The notes under the pieces: model-generated
Database searches by the model: none
Seen by the model: the letters and a program-made list of their open reading frames with translations, nothing else
Told to the model about the DNA's origin: nothing
DNA from: Eledone cirrhosa
Taxonomy: Eukaryota
NCBI GenBank assembly: GCA_964016885.1
Contig: OZ024742.1
Span: 176,142,001-176,206,000, forward strand
Length of the DNA stretch: 64,000 nt
Direction of reading: 5' to 3'
Shown here: one piece after another, positions 1 to 15,193 of the stretch
Layout of the letters: every line of letters begins with the position of its first letter
Numbering within the stretch: the stretch's first letter is position 1
Translations under genes and position numbers: made by a program

Positions 1-854
1 AATTGATAGTTACAACAATAAAGGTTGAACAGAGAACACATTTTTTAACAAACTTTACAATAATTTGTACAACCATAATGGAAATTCCAAGTAACAGAAA
101 ATACATAAATTACATTGTTAGAGCCTCAGCGTATACAATATTTTTTGTTTGGCTCTCGGGAGCAAAGATGAAGAGATTGTTTGGCGAGCTCAACCTTAGC
201 ATCCAACATACACCTGACTATGGTTTTCCCAGATGAAAACCAGCCACTTTTAGGGTTTGACCCTGCGCCTTCTTGATGGTAATCGCGAAGCTAATCTCTC
301 TGTTTCTCTAGTAATATTTTTTTCTTCTTGAAAATCTGATCTTGCGGCCAAGCTAAGACCTTTTGGGTGGCATCTCGGCAGTAACAATGACGATAAGCCG
401 TCTGTGCTTTCGTGAAATAAATACGTTTGTTTATATTGTGTTTTTGTGTATGCAAAAATATCTGTACACGAATATATAATTATATATATATTAAAATAAC
501 AGATTAAAGTTTAAGCAACGAATCCCTACTTTCACCCTTAACGGGATCTCTAAAACTAAAAAAAATCAATCTCTAAACGCAGAAGTAAATATTTTGAAAA
601 AAATTGCAAATGAAAGAAAACAGGAAGATGATACTTTGGTTCGTGAAGACGTTAGGAATTGACATTTGAACATTTTAAAGAAGTGAATATTTAAATAATG
701 TCTTTAATCTTTTAACAAAATTCAGTAGACATAAATACCCTCAGTTTCTTACTTCGGAAAAGTTACATCTATGGGGCAAATTTGGTGGTGTTTCGTCCAA
801 CCGCTTGGCGGAAGGTTTGTTACTTACATACGATCATCAGCTTTATAGTATAGA
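1..854 (-). mobile_element. Non-autonomous Helitron; 5' end at 854, 3' end beyond the window start
   Basis: The minus strand starts A|TCTATACTATAAAGCTG, a typical Helitron 5' TC end. It contains a PIF1 helicase remnant, and 415-610 is the reverse complement of the internal part of the Helitron at 45420-45612. Confidence 0.8.
110..295 (-). pseudogene. Helitron RepHel PIF1-like helicase C-terminal fragment
   Basis: Translates SFAITIKKAQGQTLKVAGFHLGKP, frameshift, HSQVYVGC, frameshift, RLSSPNNLFIFAPESQTKNIVYAEAL. This matches PIF1 motifs V/VI (AMTINKSQGQT, HGQLYVA.SR) and the Helitron T.NIVY.E.L terminus. Confidence 0.9.
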
Positions 855-959
855 TGGTCAATATAATCTATATGTATATATGTGTGTGTGTGTATATGTG
901 TAGGTGTGCATATTTATATTTATGAATCAGCTCGGCTAGGGTGAGAAATAAAATTCTAA

Positions 960-1028
<69 letters not shown>

Positions 1029-1768
1029 TATATATATACTCACATATATACTTACTGACATTTAATTGGTTCATTCATGTGATAAGAAATTAAATCAGTA
1101 AGAGTAAATGTTGACACACTTAACTTATGTTCACTCAATTTAATTATATATTAATTAATTCTATATATATCGGTATGTCTACATTTTCTTTTTATATTTT
1201 TTTCTCTTTTTTAAACTATTTATCTTGTGATGAGCATTCATCAGTAGATAGAACCAAATTTGTAACAGATTATCTGTGAGATATATTTAGAGTTCCGGAG
1301 AAGATTTAAAAAATCAAAATTAATAGTAGTGAATGTATCTGTACACAGATTTTGTTTCTATTTTAATATATTGTATTATATGTTTCAATCTATGTCCATT
1401 ACACATGATACAGCATCACTTTAAAAATTATTACTATTAGTTTAGTGAAAATTTTCAGAACACTTTGTCCACAAGCACAATACTATAAACATTTCAATTA
1501 ACAAACCCATGAAATCATAGGAGCAAGTTATTCTTCAAACGTTTTAAACAGCACTATGACTGTATTACAAAAAAATGCCACTACTTTAGTTTACTCCAAT
1601 TTTTTACATCAATCTACTAGTAAAAATACTATAAACATTTGGCATAACAACCCCGTTTTAGATATACTCTGCTAAATGATTACAAGAAATTAAGGAGAAG
1701 AAAGACTGCAGCAATCTTCATTGTGTTGAAGAATACTTCAGTACTGATTTCTGAAAATAGTTTGTAAA

Positions 1769-2910
<1,142 letters not shown>

Positions 2911-3443
2911 TGTGTCTAGCTGTTTCATTGTAAAAGACTGCCTGAGTTTTGAACTCATTATTATTGATAGTATCACTGCTCCTTTGTTCAGCTGAATTTA
3001 GCCCCATACAAACGGCTGTTATTTCTAGCAGCACGAGTATGTGACAGCTAGACACTAGATTACCGCGTGAAATACCATGTGCGTTAATCAGTCTTTCTAA
3101 ATATTTTGAAGTGAAACATACCAATGTTTATAGTGCTTGCCGAGGAGATCAAAATGCGGTTTCTTTCACGTTTTCATTATTCGAAACATATTTGGATTTT
3201 AACGTTTAAACCTGTCTACGGAACAGGTTTGATTTTGAAATTTAAATTTGTCCAAGCATTACGGCCATTGCCAATATGATTTGTTTTTATTGATTTATTA
3301 TCTTAAATCGAGACAGGCAAAATGTATTATTATTATTAGTGTATTTCAATCTAGCTAACCTGGTCATTTACAATACAAACATGAATATGTTGGTATTTGT
3401 GTTTATCAAATATATTAATTTATATTAACTTGTATTACACGGC

Positions 3444-3516
3444 TCAGAAATACTTCTTTCTTTGAGCTATTTCATTGTAAAAGACTGCCTGAGTTTTGAA
3501 CTCATTATTATTGATA

Positions 3517-3571
<55 letters not shown>

Positions 3572-4055
3572 TGTCAAGATGTTTTTTAACAGAAGAAGCT
3601 ATTGTTGTCATGTGCTCCTTGATCTGTATGTACAGCATCTGGACGGTACTTCCAATGTATGAGGAGCTACATTTTTTACATGTAACATGTGATCTTGTAG
3701 ACCACATACGCTCTCATGCACATGTCAGCGTTGTTGATGGGACTGTTAGGAAGTTTGCATATATCGTTATATGTAGGTCGGTGTCTCTGGAGCAATCTCC
3801 TCAATGAGGATCCAGAGTGCACCAGCTGTATATGGTTTGTCTGATGGCAGCTGTCATCTCATTGAAATGTCGCAGCTTTAGGTAGCTTATGTTACTTCTA
3901 GGGGCACGTGTACTCCTTGGTATTTTCAGTGCTATTGCATTTTGGTGTTTGCTGAGAGAAGTAGAGTAGCCATTATCATTGAGAACTCTCTGGAATTCCA
4001 CTGTGCTAGTATGTTTATCACTACCCTCACTGCATCTGTTGGAATTTTGGCTCTG
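3444..4055 (-). mobile_element. Penelope-like element fragment (RT thumb and GIY-YIG endonuclease), degenerate
   Basis: Translates VLNDNGY...SYLKL (thumb), then VVYKITC/TCKKCSSSYIGST...IKEH (GIY-YIG). It is interrupted by (TA)n at about 3520-3567, and 3465-3520 is duplicated at 2918-2973. Confidence 0.8.
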
Positions 4056-4134
4056 TAGGCATGGGCAGAATGTTAGGGAACAAAACTTTGGTTCATATGG
4101 ATCTGTCCTCAATTACCTTCAGTGTAGAAAACAT

Positions 4135-4545
4135 TTTGACTGATGCTTGTTGTCACTCTTTCTTTGACCTTCATAACCAGGTCAACCATCTCAATGCCTT
4201 TATAGTTTTCTCTGTCTAGAGCATCGCCTTTACTCTGGTACCAGTTGACGATGCTGCTGCTAAGCCAGTCATTGGGTGTGATGCCATTTTGTATTACTTG
4301 GATTAAAACTCAAGTGACTATGGTATGACCCATCATTCCTGCTGCTTTCAGCATCTCGGCAACTATCTCTGAGGGTCCAGCAGCCCTGACTGTCTTCATA
4401 TCCTTGATTACCTTACTTATTTTATACTAAAGCTGACTTGTACAGCCGGTCTCTCTGTTGGGTCGACTTGGGGCAAACTATTTTTTCCCATGCATTCTTC
4501 TCATTCAGTAACCTTTCATAGTTGCATTTCTATGCTACTTCCTTT
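4135..4545 (-). mobile_element. RTE-clade LINE RT N-terminal fragment
   Basis: Translates KVIKDMKTVRAAGPSEIVAEMLKAAG...PNDWLSSSIVNWYQSKGDALDRENYKGI. Confidence 0.85.
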
Positions 4546-4669
4546 TCATATATATATATATATATGTAGTAGTAGTAGTAATAAAAAAAATACAGAGGCC
4601 AAAATCCAGAGAAGACTTGATAAGGGTTGTATATATATATATAAATATATATAAACTCATAGAGCAAAT

Positions 4670-4930
4670 ATTTATTATTAGCACAGATTAAACTGTTAAG
4701 CAAATAATTTCTGCTTTCACCCTTAAACAGGGTTTTCTGAAACTAACAAATATCAATCTCTGGACACAGAAGTAAATATTTCAAAATAATTACGAAAAAT
4801 ATGGGTTTTAGAATATAAAAAGTCATAACGGTAATGCTTGAAGTTTCCCTTGAAATGTGGTGAAATGGATGCAAGAAGAATTACGTCATTAAGTGAAGCA
4901 GGAAGTATACATTTTTGCTATGAAATCATA
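4670..4930 (-). mobile_element. Degenerate Helitron internal fragment
   Basis: Similar by eye to 495-660 (acagattaaa...ctttcacccttaa...cagaagtaaatatt). Confidence 0.55.
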
Positions 4931-5050
4931 AGGAGACTAATTTTCTTTTTAGAATAGTCAAAAATTTTCCAGTAATCATATATGGAAAATTATATTAATA
5001 GAAGTAATAAGATTAATGATAAAGATCCTGAAGGTATTGATAATAGTGAA

Positions 5051-5180
5051 AATAATTGTTTCTACTTTAGGCACAAGGCCAGCAATTACCCAGTGCATTA
5101 CTGGTACTTTATTTTATCGACCCCGTAAGGATGAAAGGTAAAGTCAACCTCGGCGGGATTTGAACTCAGATCGTAAAGGG
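5051..5180 (-). mobile_element. tRNA-derived SINE family 1, 5'-truncated
   Basis: The minus strand has B-box GAGTTCAAATCCC followed by ...cctttcatccttacggggtcgataaaataaagtaccag. It is flanked by the direct repeat gataatagtgaaa. Confidence 0.85.
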
Positions 5181-5749
5181 ATAATAGTGAAAGTAATAAT
5201 AGTAATAACAATATAACAAATAATAGAATAATAATAGGCTAATAATAAAAATTATGGTTATAATTATGGTTAATAAAGGTGAGCTAATCATTGTCATACA
5301 TAAGTATGCAGTTACAGGTGTGGCTGCATGTGTTAGCAAAATTATGGAGCATGAAAAATATACACAGACACACACAGATATAAGTATGTACATAAATAAA
5401 CATGCACACACACACATACATATATATACACAGATATATATATATATAGAATGATATGATTATAAATTTTGCTTGTTCTTAGTTACCACATCATGACATA
5501 TCATCTGCATATTTTCCATACTATCCATTAGGAATTAGTGTTGGGATGTAATATAAGAATGTTTTATACAGTTTATGTTTACAAGCTACAATTACCTGAA
5601 ATCTTTTATTATATATATTATATATATACATACACACACACAAGAGATGTTACAGGATCTCCGGAAGTTTATGAAACAATGTAGGCTTTACATGTAGTGG
5701 TTGCACCAAGACAGTATGCAGCAAACAGCCACACGAAACAAGCGCTATC

Positions 5750-6560
5750 AAATTCTGGGAAGACTCAGTAGTCAGAGTAAGAATAGGATGGAAAAAGTTC
5801 AAAGAGCTACTACCACTGTTAGTTACAAAAGGCTTTTCCCTCAAAATGAAAGGCAGACTGTATGATGCTTGCATAGGAATGCCAATGTTACATGGTAGTG
5901 AGACCTGGGTGTTGTGTGCAGAAGACTTGCGTAGATTGGAAAGGAATAAAGCTTGCATGCTTTGATGGATGTGTAATAGTAATATACATGAATGACAAAG
6001 CATAATCGTACTGAGAGAAATTAGGCATAAGAGGGATCAGATGCAGAGTGCAGGAGAGGGGATTATGTTAGTATGGATATATGATGCGTTTAAAGTTGTA
6101 TAAAAAAGGTGCAGAGTACTCACTTGATGGAAGTCATGGAGTGTGGACATCCAGGAAGATTTGGTACATGGTGATAAAAGCTGACCTTGCCCAGTTGCAC
6201 CTCTCAAAGTCATTGACACAAGGCCAAGATCTCTGGCATTATGTATTATTACAGAAGACCAGACTTCCCACGGTGCAGGCCGAGACTGAAACATATAAAT
6301 AGTATGCATCACCCACCCACTCCCATACACCTTCCATGAGGACAAGCTGAAGCACACATCCAACGAAGCCACCCTCCCACACTGTAAAGTGGTCGTGTAG
6401 ATGTCATGGCAAAAAGCACTGTCCACACTGTAAAGTGCTCGTCCAGCCCACATTTTAACATGGTCATGTAGGTGTCACGATGAAAAGGACCCAGCACACT
6501 GTAATTGTTGTTGGTGCTAGAAAGGGCATCCAGCTCTAGAAACCAGGCTAAATGATGATG
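5750..6560 (+). mobile_element. RTE LINE 3' fragment with 3' UTR
   Basis: Translates RVRIGWKKFKELLPLL...LYDACIGMPMLHGSETW with stops; same family as 37759-39585. Confidence 0.85.
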
Positions 6561-6814
6561 ATATATATATATCATCATCATCATTATCATCTTCATCTCC
6601 ATTTAATGTCCATTTTTCCACACTGGCATAGGTTAAATGAGTTATCCTGTTGTGAGTAATGCTGGGTCAGGTGACCATGTCATACTCATAATTGTTTACA
6701 AGTAAAGTGTAAACAAGCTGTACATTGAAAAGCAAACTTATTTTTGTGTCTCTGATCTTAGCTGCACCTACATTGGGATTTCAAACAACTTTTCTTTGAA
6801 AATAGAAAACACTG

Positions 6815-7140
6815 AAGGCACAGCTATGGCTATGTGGTTAAGGCATTCACTTTGGAACAATGTTTTCTCGGTCATTCACACTGTGTGATGCCTTGAGCAA
6901 GTTTCTTCTGCTACAGCTTCAACTTCACCAATTCATTGTAAGTGAAACTTGGTAGATAGAAACTGAGCAGAAATTTGTCAATCTGTGTTTGTGTGTGTGT
7001 GTGTTTGTGTATTATATCTGTGTTTATCAATATTCCATAACTTAGTGTTTCAAATAAAAAAGATCGATAAAATGAGTGCCAAACTTCAAACATAAGTGCT
7101 GGGGTCATTATGATCGACTATATCTCTTCAGGGCAGTGCC
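6815..7140 (+). mobile_element. Degenerate tRNA-derived SINE
   Basis: A-box-like tggctatgtggttaagg, then ccttgagcaag and a gataaaa...tgctggggtc tail. Confidence 0.6.
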
Positions 7141-7992
7141 TGAAAAATGTAAAAGCATTCAAATTGATGAGATCAATATTTCTGACAAAAATCAAATTCT
7201 GTAGAAAATGAGCAAACATGAAAAAGTCTGTGAAAGAAGCTAATATGATTTAGATTTAAATATTTACCATTTTAGTTGTTTACTGAATACAAAAGTTCAC
7301 AATCATCCCCCAAAGAATACGTTTTCTCCTTTAAATATATTTTGTGAATTGACGATGACCTTTCATTCAAACCCATATACATCAAATTCCCACAATGCCT
7401 ATATAAACCAAAAATAAAAATTTCATGTTAACATATTTTTAGACAAATAATAATAAATAATAACAGTAATAATAATAATAATAATAATAATGAAAACTTG
7501 ACTATGAAAAGGTGAGATATAGACGCATCTAAAAACAAGAAAAATAATTCTTTTTCTCTAGCAAGCAATTTTGTTTTTAACAACCAAGATATTTGTTAAT
7601 TTTAGAAAAAAATATTTATTCTTTTTACATGTTTTCTAAAGTTTACTCTAAGGAGGTTGAATGCCTGAGGATTTTAATTCGGTACCAACCTTTTACATTT
7701 AATCGTACACAATACTAATATATATATATATATATGTGTATGTGCGTATTTATATCTTTATATACAAGCATGCACATACATAACAAAGCCGAGGCTGTTT
7801 ACTAAGTAATAAAGTACGAAATAAATTCTTAATACATTAAAATTCCATTCACATATGTAGAGGGCAAGCAAATGCCTAGCAGTGCTTACTAACGATTGTA
7901 AATGTGAAAGGGAGATAATTTCATGAAATTAAGAATTAATTCTCAATAAATAATTGGGCCAGTAGAAAAATGCAATGTGATTGTTTTTTTAA

Positions 7993-8184
7993 TTATTTTG
8001 GAAGTAAGTAACAGCCATAGACAGGTTTTTCTCTAACAGATGTTATATCATAGTGGTTTTCTTGCCTCCAAACAGATGTATACATTTTGACACATACGAA
8101 AAGAGTTGCGAGCCTTGTCCAAGGGGAATGTGCATAATTAAGATGCATTGAGCCAGGCAAATAGAATTCAAAAGACCCAGTGAC
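7993..8184 (-). pseudogene. Putative terminal exon of the RNF213-like relic (open, 63 codons)
   Basis: atttag|GTC acceptor, then VTGSFEFYLPGSMHLNYAHSPWTRLATLF...LLPK*; resembles the F...FP..I.L.....W end of RNF213 proteins. Confidence 0.45.
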
Positions 8185-8461
8185 CTAAATTTCAATAACA
8201 TTTCAATAAATTTCAATAACAATGTTAACAGCAATGTAATAAATGCCTTATTATATAGATACATGCATGCATATACATATACACTAACATACATGAATAC
8301 ACACTCATACAACCCCACCCTCACACATACATGTCTATATATATATATAAAGAAATTTGAAGAAGTTTGAAAGTGATGGCAATGCAGGTTTGGACGGAGA
8401 ATAATTAAATCGTAATAAACAGGGCTTGTTCTTTTTACTTTAATTTATTCATATATCCTGA

Positions 8462-8517
8462 CCCATGCTAGCGTGGAAGATGGACGTGAAACGATGAAGA
8501 TGATGATGATGATGATG
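8462..8517 (+). mobile_element. 56-bp RTE/SINE 3'-tail insertion
   Basis: cccatgctagcgtggaagatggacg...(GAT)n flanked by the 7-bp duplication atcctga (8455-8461 and 8518-8524). Confidence 0.75.
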
Positions 8518-11384
8518 ATCCTGATATTTTGACATTAATATCTCTTCTTCTGGGGAAAGTAAAGGAACTATTCCAGTGTCCGATGTGGCTTGCTAAACTA
8601 TGCTGGCTGTGTTATATATATAACATTACAATAGCAGAGGTCCGAGCTTTTGATTCCAGAGTCAGGCCAGATCAATACAGATCGAACCTTGAATTTAAGA
8701 ATTTAATAAAATTAGAAACTATTTTATTCATTAAGCTGATATTTAAAACATTTCTTAAGAAAAAATCCTTAAACTAAATTACGACACAAGGTATGTATAT
8801 TTTAATGTGGGCAATTTTATATCATAAAACACGGGCAGTTTCAGGCAGTTGAGTATCAAAAGAGTTAAGTTCAAATTCCACTGCATCTACTTTGCCTTTC
8901 ATCCTTTCTGGGTTGTAAAGATAAAGTACCAATCTATAGCAGAATCTGTCTATTGTTTTAAAAGTTTAGCACATCACTACAGGTTAGGTAGCTCGAGATC
9001 TTTGAAGAGACTATAATGATTTTTAATTAGTCTAAGATATCTTCGACCGAAATTTCAATGAATCAACTGAATGTAACATTATCTTCATTATAGCTAATGA
9101 TATTCTAAGAGTCATGATCTTATCAGAAACTTTGCATGCAGCCTCTGTAGACTTGGAAAATTGGCATCTGTATAAATCAATCAAGACTGCCAACCAGGCA
9201 GGTAAACATTGCAGTCATTTCCGGAATGTTTCTAATGAATTTCGATGATAATTATTGAACTTTAAATTTTTCCGTCTGTCACACGAAAAAAATTGATTGA
9301 GACAGTACTTTTTATTTTTTTATTTTTATTATGAGTCAAGTCTATTGGACGACACAAACTATGTACAGTTGATATTGCTGCTCACATCTGCATAGGTTTA
9401 ATCTGTCACCCATAAGGTTGCATCTCATAAGAGATTGTTTTTGTATGTTTTTAATTATAAAGACCCTATTTCTATTGTGCCAGAGTTTTTCTGGTGACAG
9501 GAAGCAAGATTTGAACTCAGAATGCACAAACTGGAACAAATGCAACTAAGCACCCCATTTGTTGCTCTAAAAATTCCAACAACCCACCACTCTTGACTAG
9601 TATTTTATTTATCAACACTGAAAGGGTGAGAGGCAATGTTCACCTCAATGAGATTTAAAGTTGGAATGCAGAGAGCCAGATTAATATTGAATCTAACAAC
9701 TCTGCCCATTCATTCATTCTACAAGTCAATATTATAAAAGGTGTTGAAATAGCAGTCTTTCAAATGTCTTTAGCAGTCTTTAGAATGTCTCTAGTGGCCT
9801 TTACAATGTCTTAAGCGTTTTTTAGAATGCTTCGCAGTATTGATTTTGGCTCACTGTGTTCTGAGATTAAATCTTACCACGGTCAACTTTGTCTTTAATC
9901 CTTTTGAGAGCTTTACATAAAAACAGTATTAATCCAGTATTATGGTTGATTATTCCTTTTTCTCTCTTTCTCTCTGTGTTTTCTGACTTTCTTTCTCTCT
10001 CTATCTCTCCCTCTGTGTGTGTGGAGGGGGGGGGGTATTGGCTTTGTTCTGACCTGCAGGGGGATGGGCTCTGCTGGGTTTAAAATGTCCATGATACACT
10101 GCATTTAATGATGGTGTCTCTATGATTCTACTAACAGTTAAGTGCTAATGGCTACATCAATCATAAAGTATTCTTGTTCATTACAGCAGTGTGATACACT
10201 TCCCCATAATATCTATTTACTGCAAGTAAGCCAGGCAGTATGGTGCAGTAAGAGAACTATTTCTTTCTGCCCTGGACACAAATTATTGACATATTCACTA
10301 TTAATTTAAAATCTTATCGACTATTTCTCCAGAGACACCTGGGAATTTCACCTTAAGATTTAATATAGACTTGTTTGTTTCTTTTTCTCAAGTATTTTTA
10401 TCAATAACCAAAAAAGCTTTACAGGCAGCTAGTTAATTTCTGTGAAGGAAATATATCTAAAGACTCTATATCATGAAGATGGATGTGTAATGATAGCTAG
10501 TAATTAGTGCTGGTGAATTATTTTCTTTTCTATATGGAAACAAAAAAGAAAGGAAACAGAGATTTGTGTAAAGTTATAAAAAAACTTATATTTTTAAAAA
10601 AACCAACAAGATAAACTGTTAAAACGAAATTGGTAAAGAATGTCAGTAAATGGACTTAATGTTGATCTTGGTAATATTTATCACAATAGATGTCATACCA
10701 ATGTAATAATGGTTTTGCTATGTTCACCATATCCAATAGATGAATGATGAGAGGAATCTCATTCTCAGACAGTTATAGCTGGTTTCTCAACTTAACAAAG
10801 TGTCACCTATCAGAGGAAATAAATCACATTTCATTGAGAACATAATCAGGAACCTTTCTACTCTGCTGACTTGCATCTAAATAATTCAATAAGTTAAACT
10901 TCTTTACACTAAACTTTGAACCGAAACATTCTTTAGCATAAAAAGGAAACATCTAGACTGATTTTAACCTATATGTTACTATATTTCTAATGAAAGTCAC
11001 TGCCTATGATTTTCAGTAAAATTTGAAAATGATAAAAATCTTGGAGGCATTTAATTATACAGCTAACTTTTCATGATTGAATATTTTGTTATATTTTTAT
11101 AGATAGACATGGACTAAGACATTCAAGAATCTGGAGGGATTTAGTAATATAATTAACTTCTCATTATTAACTTTTTAATTGTCGGCCCTTGTGGCCAATA
11201 AATGAAATTATTATTAACTTTTTAATTACCATATTTCTAAAGAAACACACTGTAATTTGCAGTTAACTTTGAAATTAATCAAGAATTCGGAGGAATTTGA
11301 TAATTTAGCTAAATTTTAATTTATTAATCTTTTGATTATCATATTCATATGAAATACACTGGTGATGAGAATTTTGAAGAATAT

Positions 11385-11575
11385 AATAATTGTTTCTACT
11401 TTTGGCACAAGGCCAGCAATTTCCCAGTGCATTACTGGTACTTTATTTTATCGACCCCGTAAGGATGAAAGGCAAAGTTAACCTCGGCGGGATTTGAACT
11501 CAAAATGCCAAGAGCCGTAACTCTATGCGTCAAAGCATGGCGTCCGTCCCTCTACCGATACAGCTAATCCACCAT
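11385..11575 (-). mobile_element. tRNA-derived SINE family 1, near full length
   Basis: Same sequence as 5051-5180, 31375-31580 and 37241-37431. Degenerate copies lie at about 8860, 9600, 9850, 11800, 12110, 12760, 13550, 30840, 48660 and 58520. Confidence 0.85.
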
Positions 11576-13011
11576 ATAATAATATAACTAACTTCTCATT
11601 AATAACTCTTTTGATTGTAGAGTATTAATATTTATATAGAGTGGTGTGTATCTTCTAAGGGATGCTCAAAATTGTGCTTTAAATTGGCTGTCTTCAGATC
11701 TCTCTGCTGTCTGAACACAGCCTCTTTCTTCCAGAGAAAGAAAGAAAAAGTGATAAAGAGAAATAGAGGAGTAATTATCCCCAGTATTGAACTTGCTGTT
11801 TCTTTATTGATTCCCGAAAGAATGAAAGGTAAAGCTGACTCTGGTAGAATTTGAACCCAGGGAACAGAGATGTTTGCCATGCTAATGATTCTGTCATGTC
11901 ACTACACTGTCATGTCACTACAGACACACAACGCATACACGGCACACAGACACACACATACAAACACACACACATAGACAAACATAGACAAAAAATAATA
12001 TATTAGATTTAAAAGAGTCAGAAGAATACTGAACCATTTCAGTCTGTTAAAAACCACACAAAAACTGCTAAAATTCTAATAATTCTACAAATCTATCACA
12101 CCTGGATTGGTACTTAATTCACAGACCCCAGTAGGATAAAAAGTAAAGTTGTCTCTCCCAGAATTTGAACTGCTTAAATAAAGTAATAAAAACCTTAAGT
12201 ATGTCATAACTTATTGTCTGTGATATAGAGATGTCATTGCTATAGATATAAGAAATTCTCTAACACCTTTGGAATTATTAACCCTTTCAAGTTAGAAGTG
12301 AAAGATCTGCAATGATATATGCATTGTCTCTTAGGATAAGACACTGTTCACAACATAACCAACAAGGCTAGCAGCTGAGCAAGACTAAAGTATTGGCCTA
12401 TTAAATATTCATTACTCTTCAGAAAATAATTGATTATTAGAAAGGTATTTCTTCAGTATGGAATAAAGATGGTGCCAAGAATTCAGGAAAATATATTAAT
12501 TTGTGGAACAGTTATATTTTCATGTCAACATTGAAATAAGGTAATAAAAATGCTAATTTTTCGAATGCCTACATTAATGATTTTCTTCTTGTTCATGTTG
12601 GATATCTTTAAATATTTATTTAACTCTACCACTAGAAAGCTAATAGAAATTGTATTTTATTATGTCTTGTTGTCGTTATTTAACCCCAGGTTGATGGTTG
12701 CGAGTTGGCACAATTTTTAGTGTCTAGGGTGAAATGCATTGTGACTTTTTTTCAGGCTGTGAGTTCAAATCTCACTGTGGTCATCTTTGCTTTTCATCCT
12801 TTCAAGGTCTTTAAATAAAGTACCAGTCAAATATTTGGGGCTATTTAATCAAGCTTCCTCTTATCTAAAACATTGCTAGCCTTGTGCTTATGCCGGCTCT
12901 AATTAAAAAATCATTCCAGTCATGAACATCACATCCTATATGTAGACCAGCAATTATATCATATTTACATTACTGGAACAGTGCAGCTTTACAATCAGGC
13001 TGTAAACAGGC

Positions 13012-13048
<37 letters not shown>

Positions 13049-13779
13049 TTCGCTTAACGTCCATCTTCCATGCTAGCATGGGTTAGACTGAGGAACATTT
13101 GACACCTGGAAATGAATAATATAAAGTAAATTTAACAGGTTAAACTGGGTATATCTCAAGTTTTAGAATAGATACTTCTTAACCAAGCATGTCATAAGAA
13201 TAACTAAAAGGGTTAGTGTCAGGAATAGGAATCAAGCCATCAAATATTGCTTCAAAACTTCTCATCCAACACATGCCAACAGAGAAAAATAGATACAAAA
13301 GCAATATTAACGATGACAATGTCTGTCTCTTTTTGAATGAATTGAAATGATTTTGTATTTGTTCTGATTGTTTGTAATCAGATTACAAATCCTGCTGGGA
13401 GTCAACTTTGATATTCAGGCTACCAGGGTCTATAAATAAATTACTAATCCAAGAACAATGGACTAGCAAAATTGTCAGAATTTAACAGTATTTGTGTGTG
13501 TCTTGGACTGATTGAAGTGACCCAATATTTGTTCTGATTCCTTTAAATCTGAGTTTGAATTATATCAAAGTATTCTTTGCCTTTTGTTCTTTTGTGTTGG
13601 ATACAGTATCAACCTAGTGTCGATTAATTTGTAGAATTGTTAGAGACAGACAAGATGGCTTTGGGGTATCTGTTCTGGAATGTGTGAGAAAGACCTGATC
13701 CTCAGGTATTGGACAATGATGTCCTGTAGGTACCCATGGAAAATGGACGTAAAATGTTGATGAAATTGTTCTAGTTCTA

Positions 13780-14262
13780 TAGTGGCAGCAGTGTGGTAGT
13801 GGTGGTGGATGCAATAGTAGTAGTAGTAGTGGTGGGGACAGTAGTTGTAGTAATAGTGGTAGTAGTGTTGGGAGTGGCAGTTGCTGTAATAGTAACATCT
13901 GTAGTTGTAATAGTAGGGGTGGTGGTAGTTGTAGTAGGAGTGGTGGCATCAGTAATAGGAGTGGTAGTGGTAGCAGTAGATGTAATGGTGGCAGTGGCAG
14001 TAATAATTGTTGTAAGTATTGGTGGTGATGGCAGCAGCAGTTGCAGTAGTAGTGTTGGTGGTGGCAGTAGTTGTATTAGTGGTGGGGTTAGCGGCAGTTG
14101 TAGTACTAGGGCTGGTGGCGGTGGCAGTACTAGTAGTTGTGGCAGTGGCAGTAGTGGTGGTTGTCGTGATGGCAGTGATTGTTGTTATAATAGTAGTAGT
14201 AATGGCAGCAGTGGTGGTGGTGGTAGTAGTAGTAATGTCAGCAGTAGTGGTGGTAGTAGAAT
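13780..14262. repeat. Degenerate (GTA/GTG/GCA)n trinucleotide tract
   Basis: Produces Val-, Ser/Gly- and Thr-rich ORFs in several frames. Confidence 0.9.
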
Positions 14263-14485
14263 GTAGGTAGGTAACTTGAAAATATTTTGAGATGTGTGAT
14301 GTTTGCATTTAGGAAATTGTTTAATCAATATTTGGGCTTCTTTATATGGTTACTGTGGCTTCTGTTATTTCTTCACAACTTTTAATTTCATCAGAGAAAT
14401 CCATTTTCATTTCTAATATTCTCTGTATGTATGTATGTGTGTGAGTGAGTGAATGTGTGTGTATATGTATATATAAATATGTGTG

Positions 14486-14548
<63 letters not shown>

Positions 14549-14549
14549 G

Positions 14550-14599
14550 GCTTCAACAGGACTAGAACTATTTCATTTGAAAGAAATCATCAGGAAAGC
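14550..14599 (-). ncRNA. Hammerhead ribozyme family B, slightly degenerate
   Basis: GCUUUC-CUGAUGA-UUUCUUUCAAAU-GAAA-UAG-UUCUAGUC-CUG-UU-GAAGC; homologous to 62933-62985. Confidence 0.6.
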
Positions 14600-15193
14600 G
14601 GTGGTTGCCCCCCCGATGGAACCTGGGATATACACACACATATAAAGTATATATGTATGTGTGTATATATGTATATACACACATACACAATTTGAAAGTC
14701 TGGTAGGTAGGTAAAATGCACGTCTTTGAGTATGGTTTGCTAATATATATATATCATCACCATCGTTTAACGTCTATCTTCCACGTACACTAGCATCGGT
14801 TTATATATATTTATCCACCTTCCCATGAGCACAGGCTGAAGCATTCATATAGTATGCACCACCTTAACCTTCATGCCTCTTCCATACACCACCCATGTCC
14901 TAACACTCTGTCTCTCATACACATCCATATAACCACCTCCCCAATCTCCATTCACCTTTCCCACTAAAGACCCCATCCCACACTACAGAAGTCATGTTGG
15001 TGTCACAACAAAAAGCACCCTGTACTCACTGTAAATATGGTCGGTATTAGGAAGTGCATCCAGCTGTAGAAACCAAACAAAAATGAGTTCCGTATGAGCA
15101 AGATATGATCACCTGACTTGGTCTATCTCATAACATGACAACTTGTCTAACCCATGCTAGCATTGAAAAATATGAATATATATCTATGTATAT

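Noticed and set aside
9094-10225. Plus-strand mini-exons (9094-9201 and 10187-10225) with AG/GT ends
   Set aside because: Short, with no recognisable homology; expected by chance.
13614-14308. Mucin-like or Gly/Ser-rich ORFs
   Set aside because: Degenerate trinucleotide repeat with no exon evidence.
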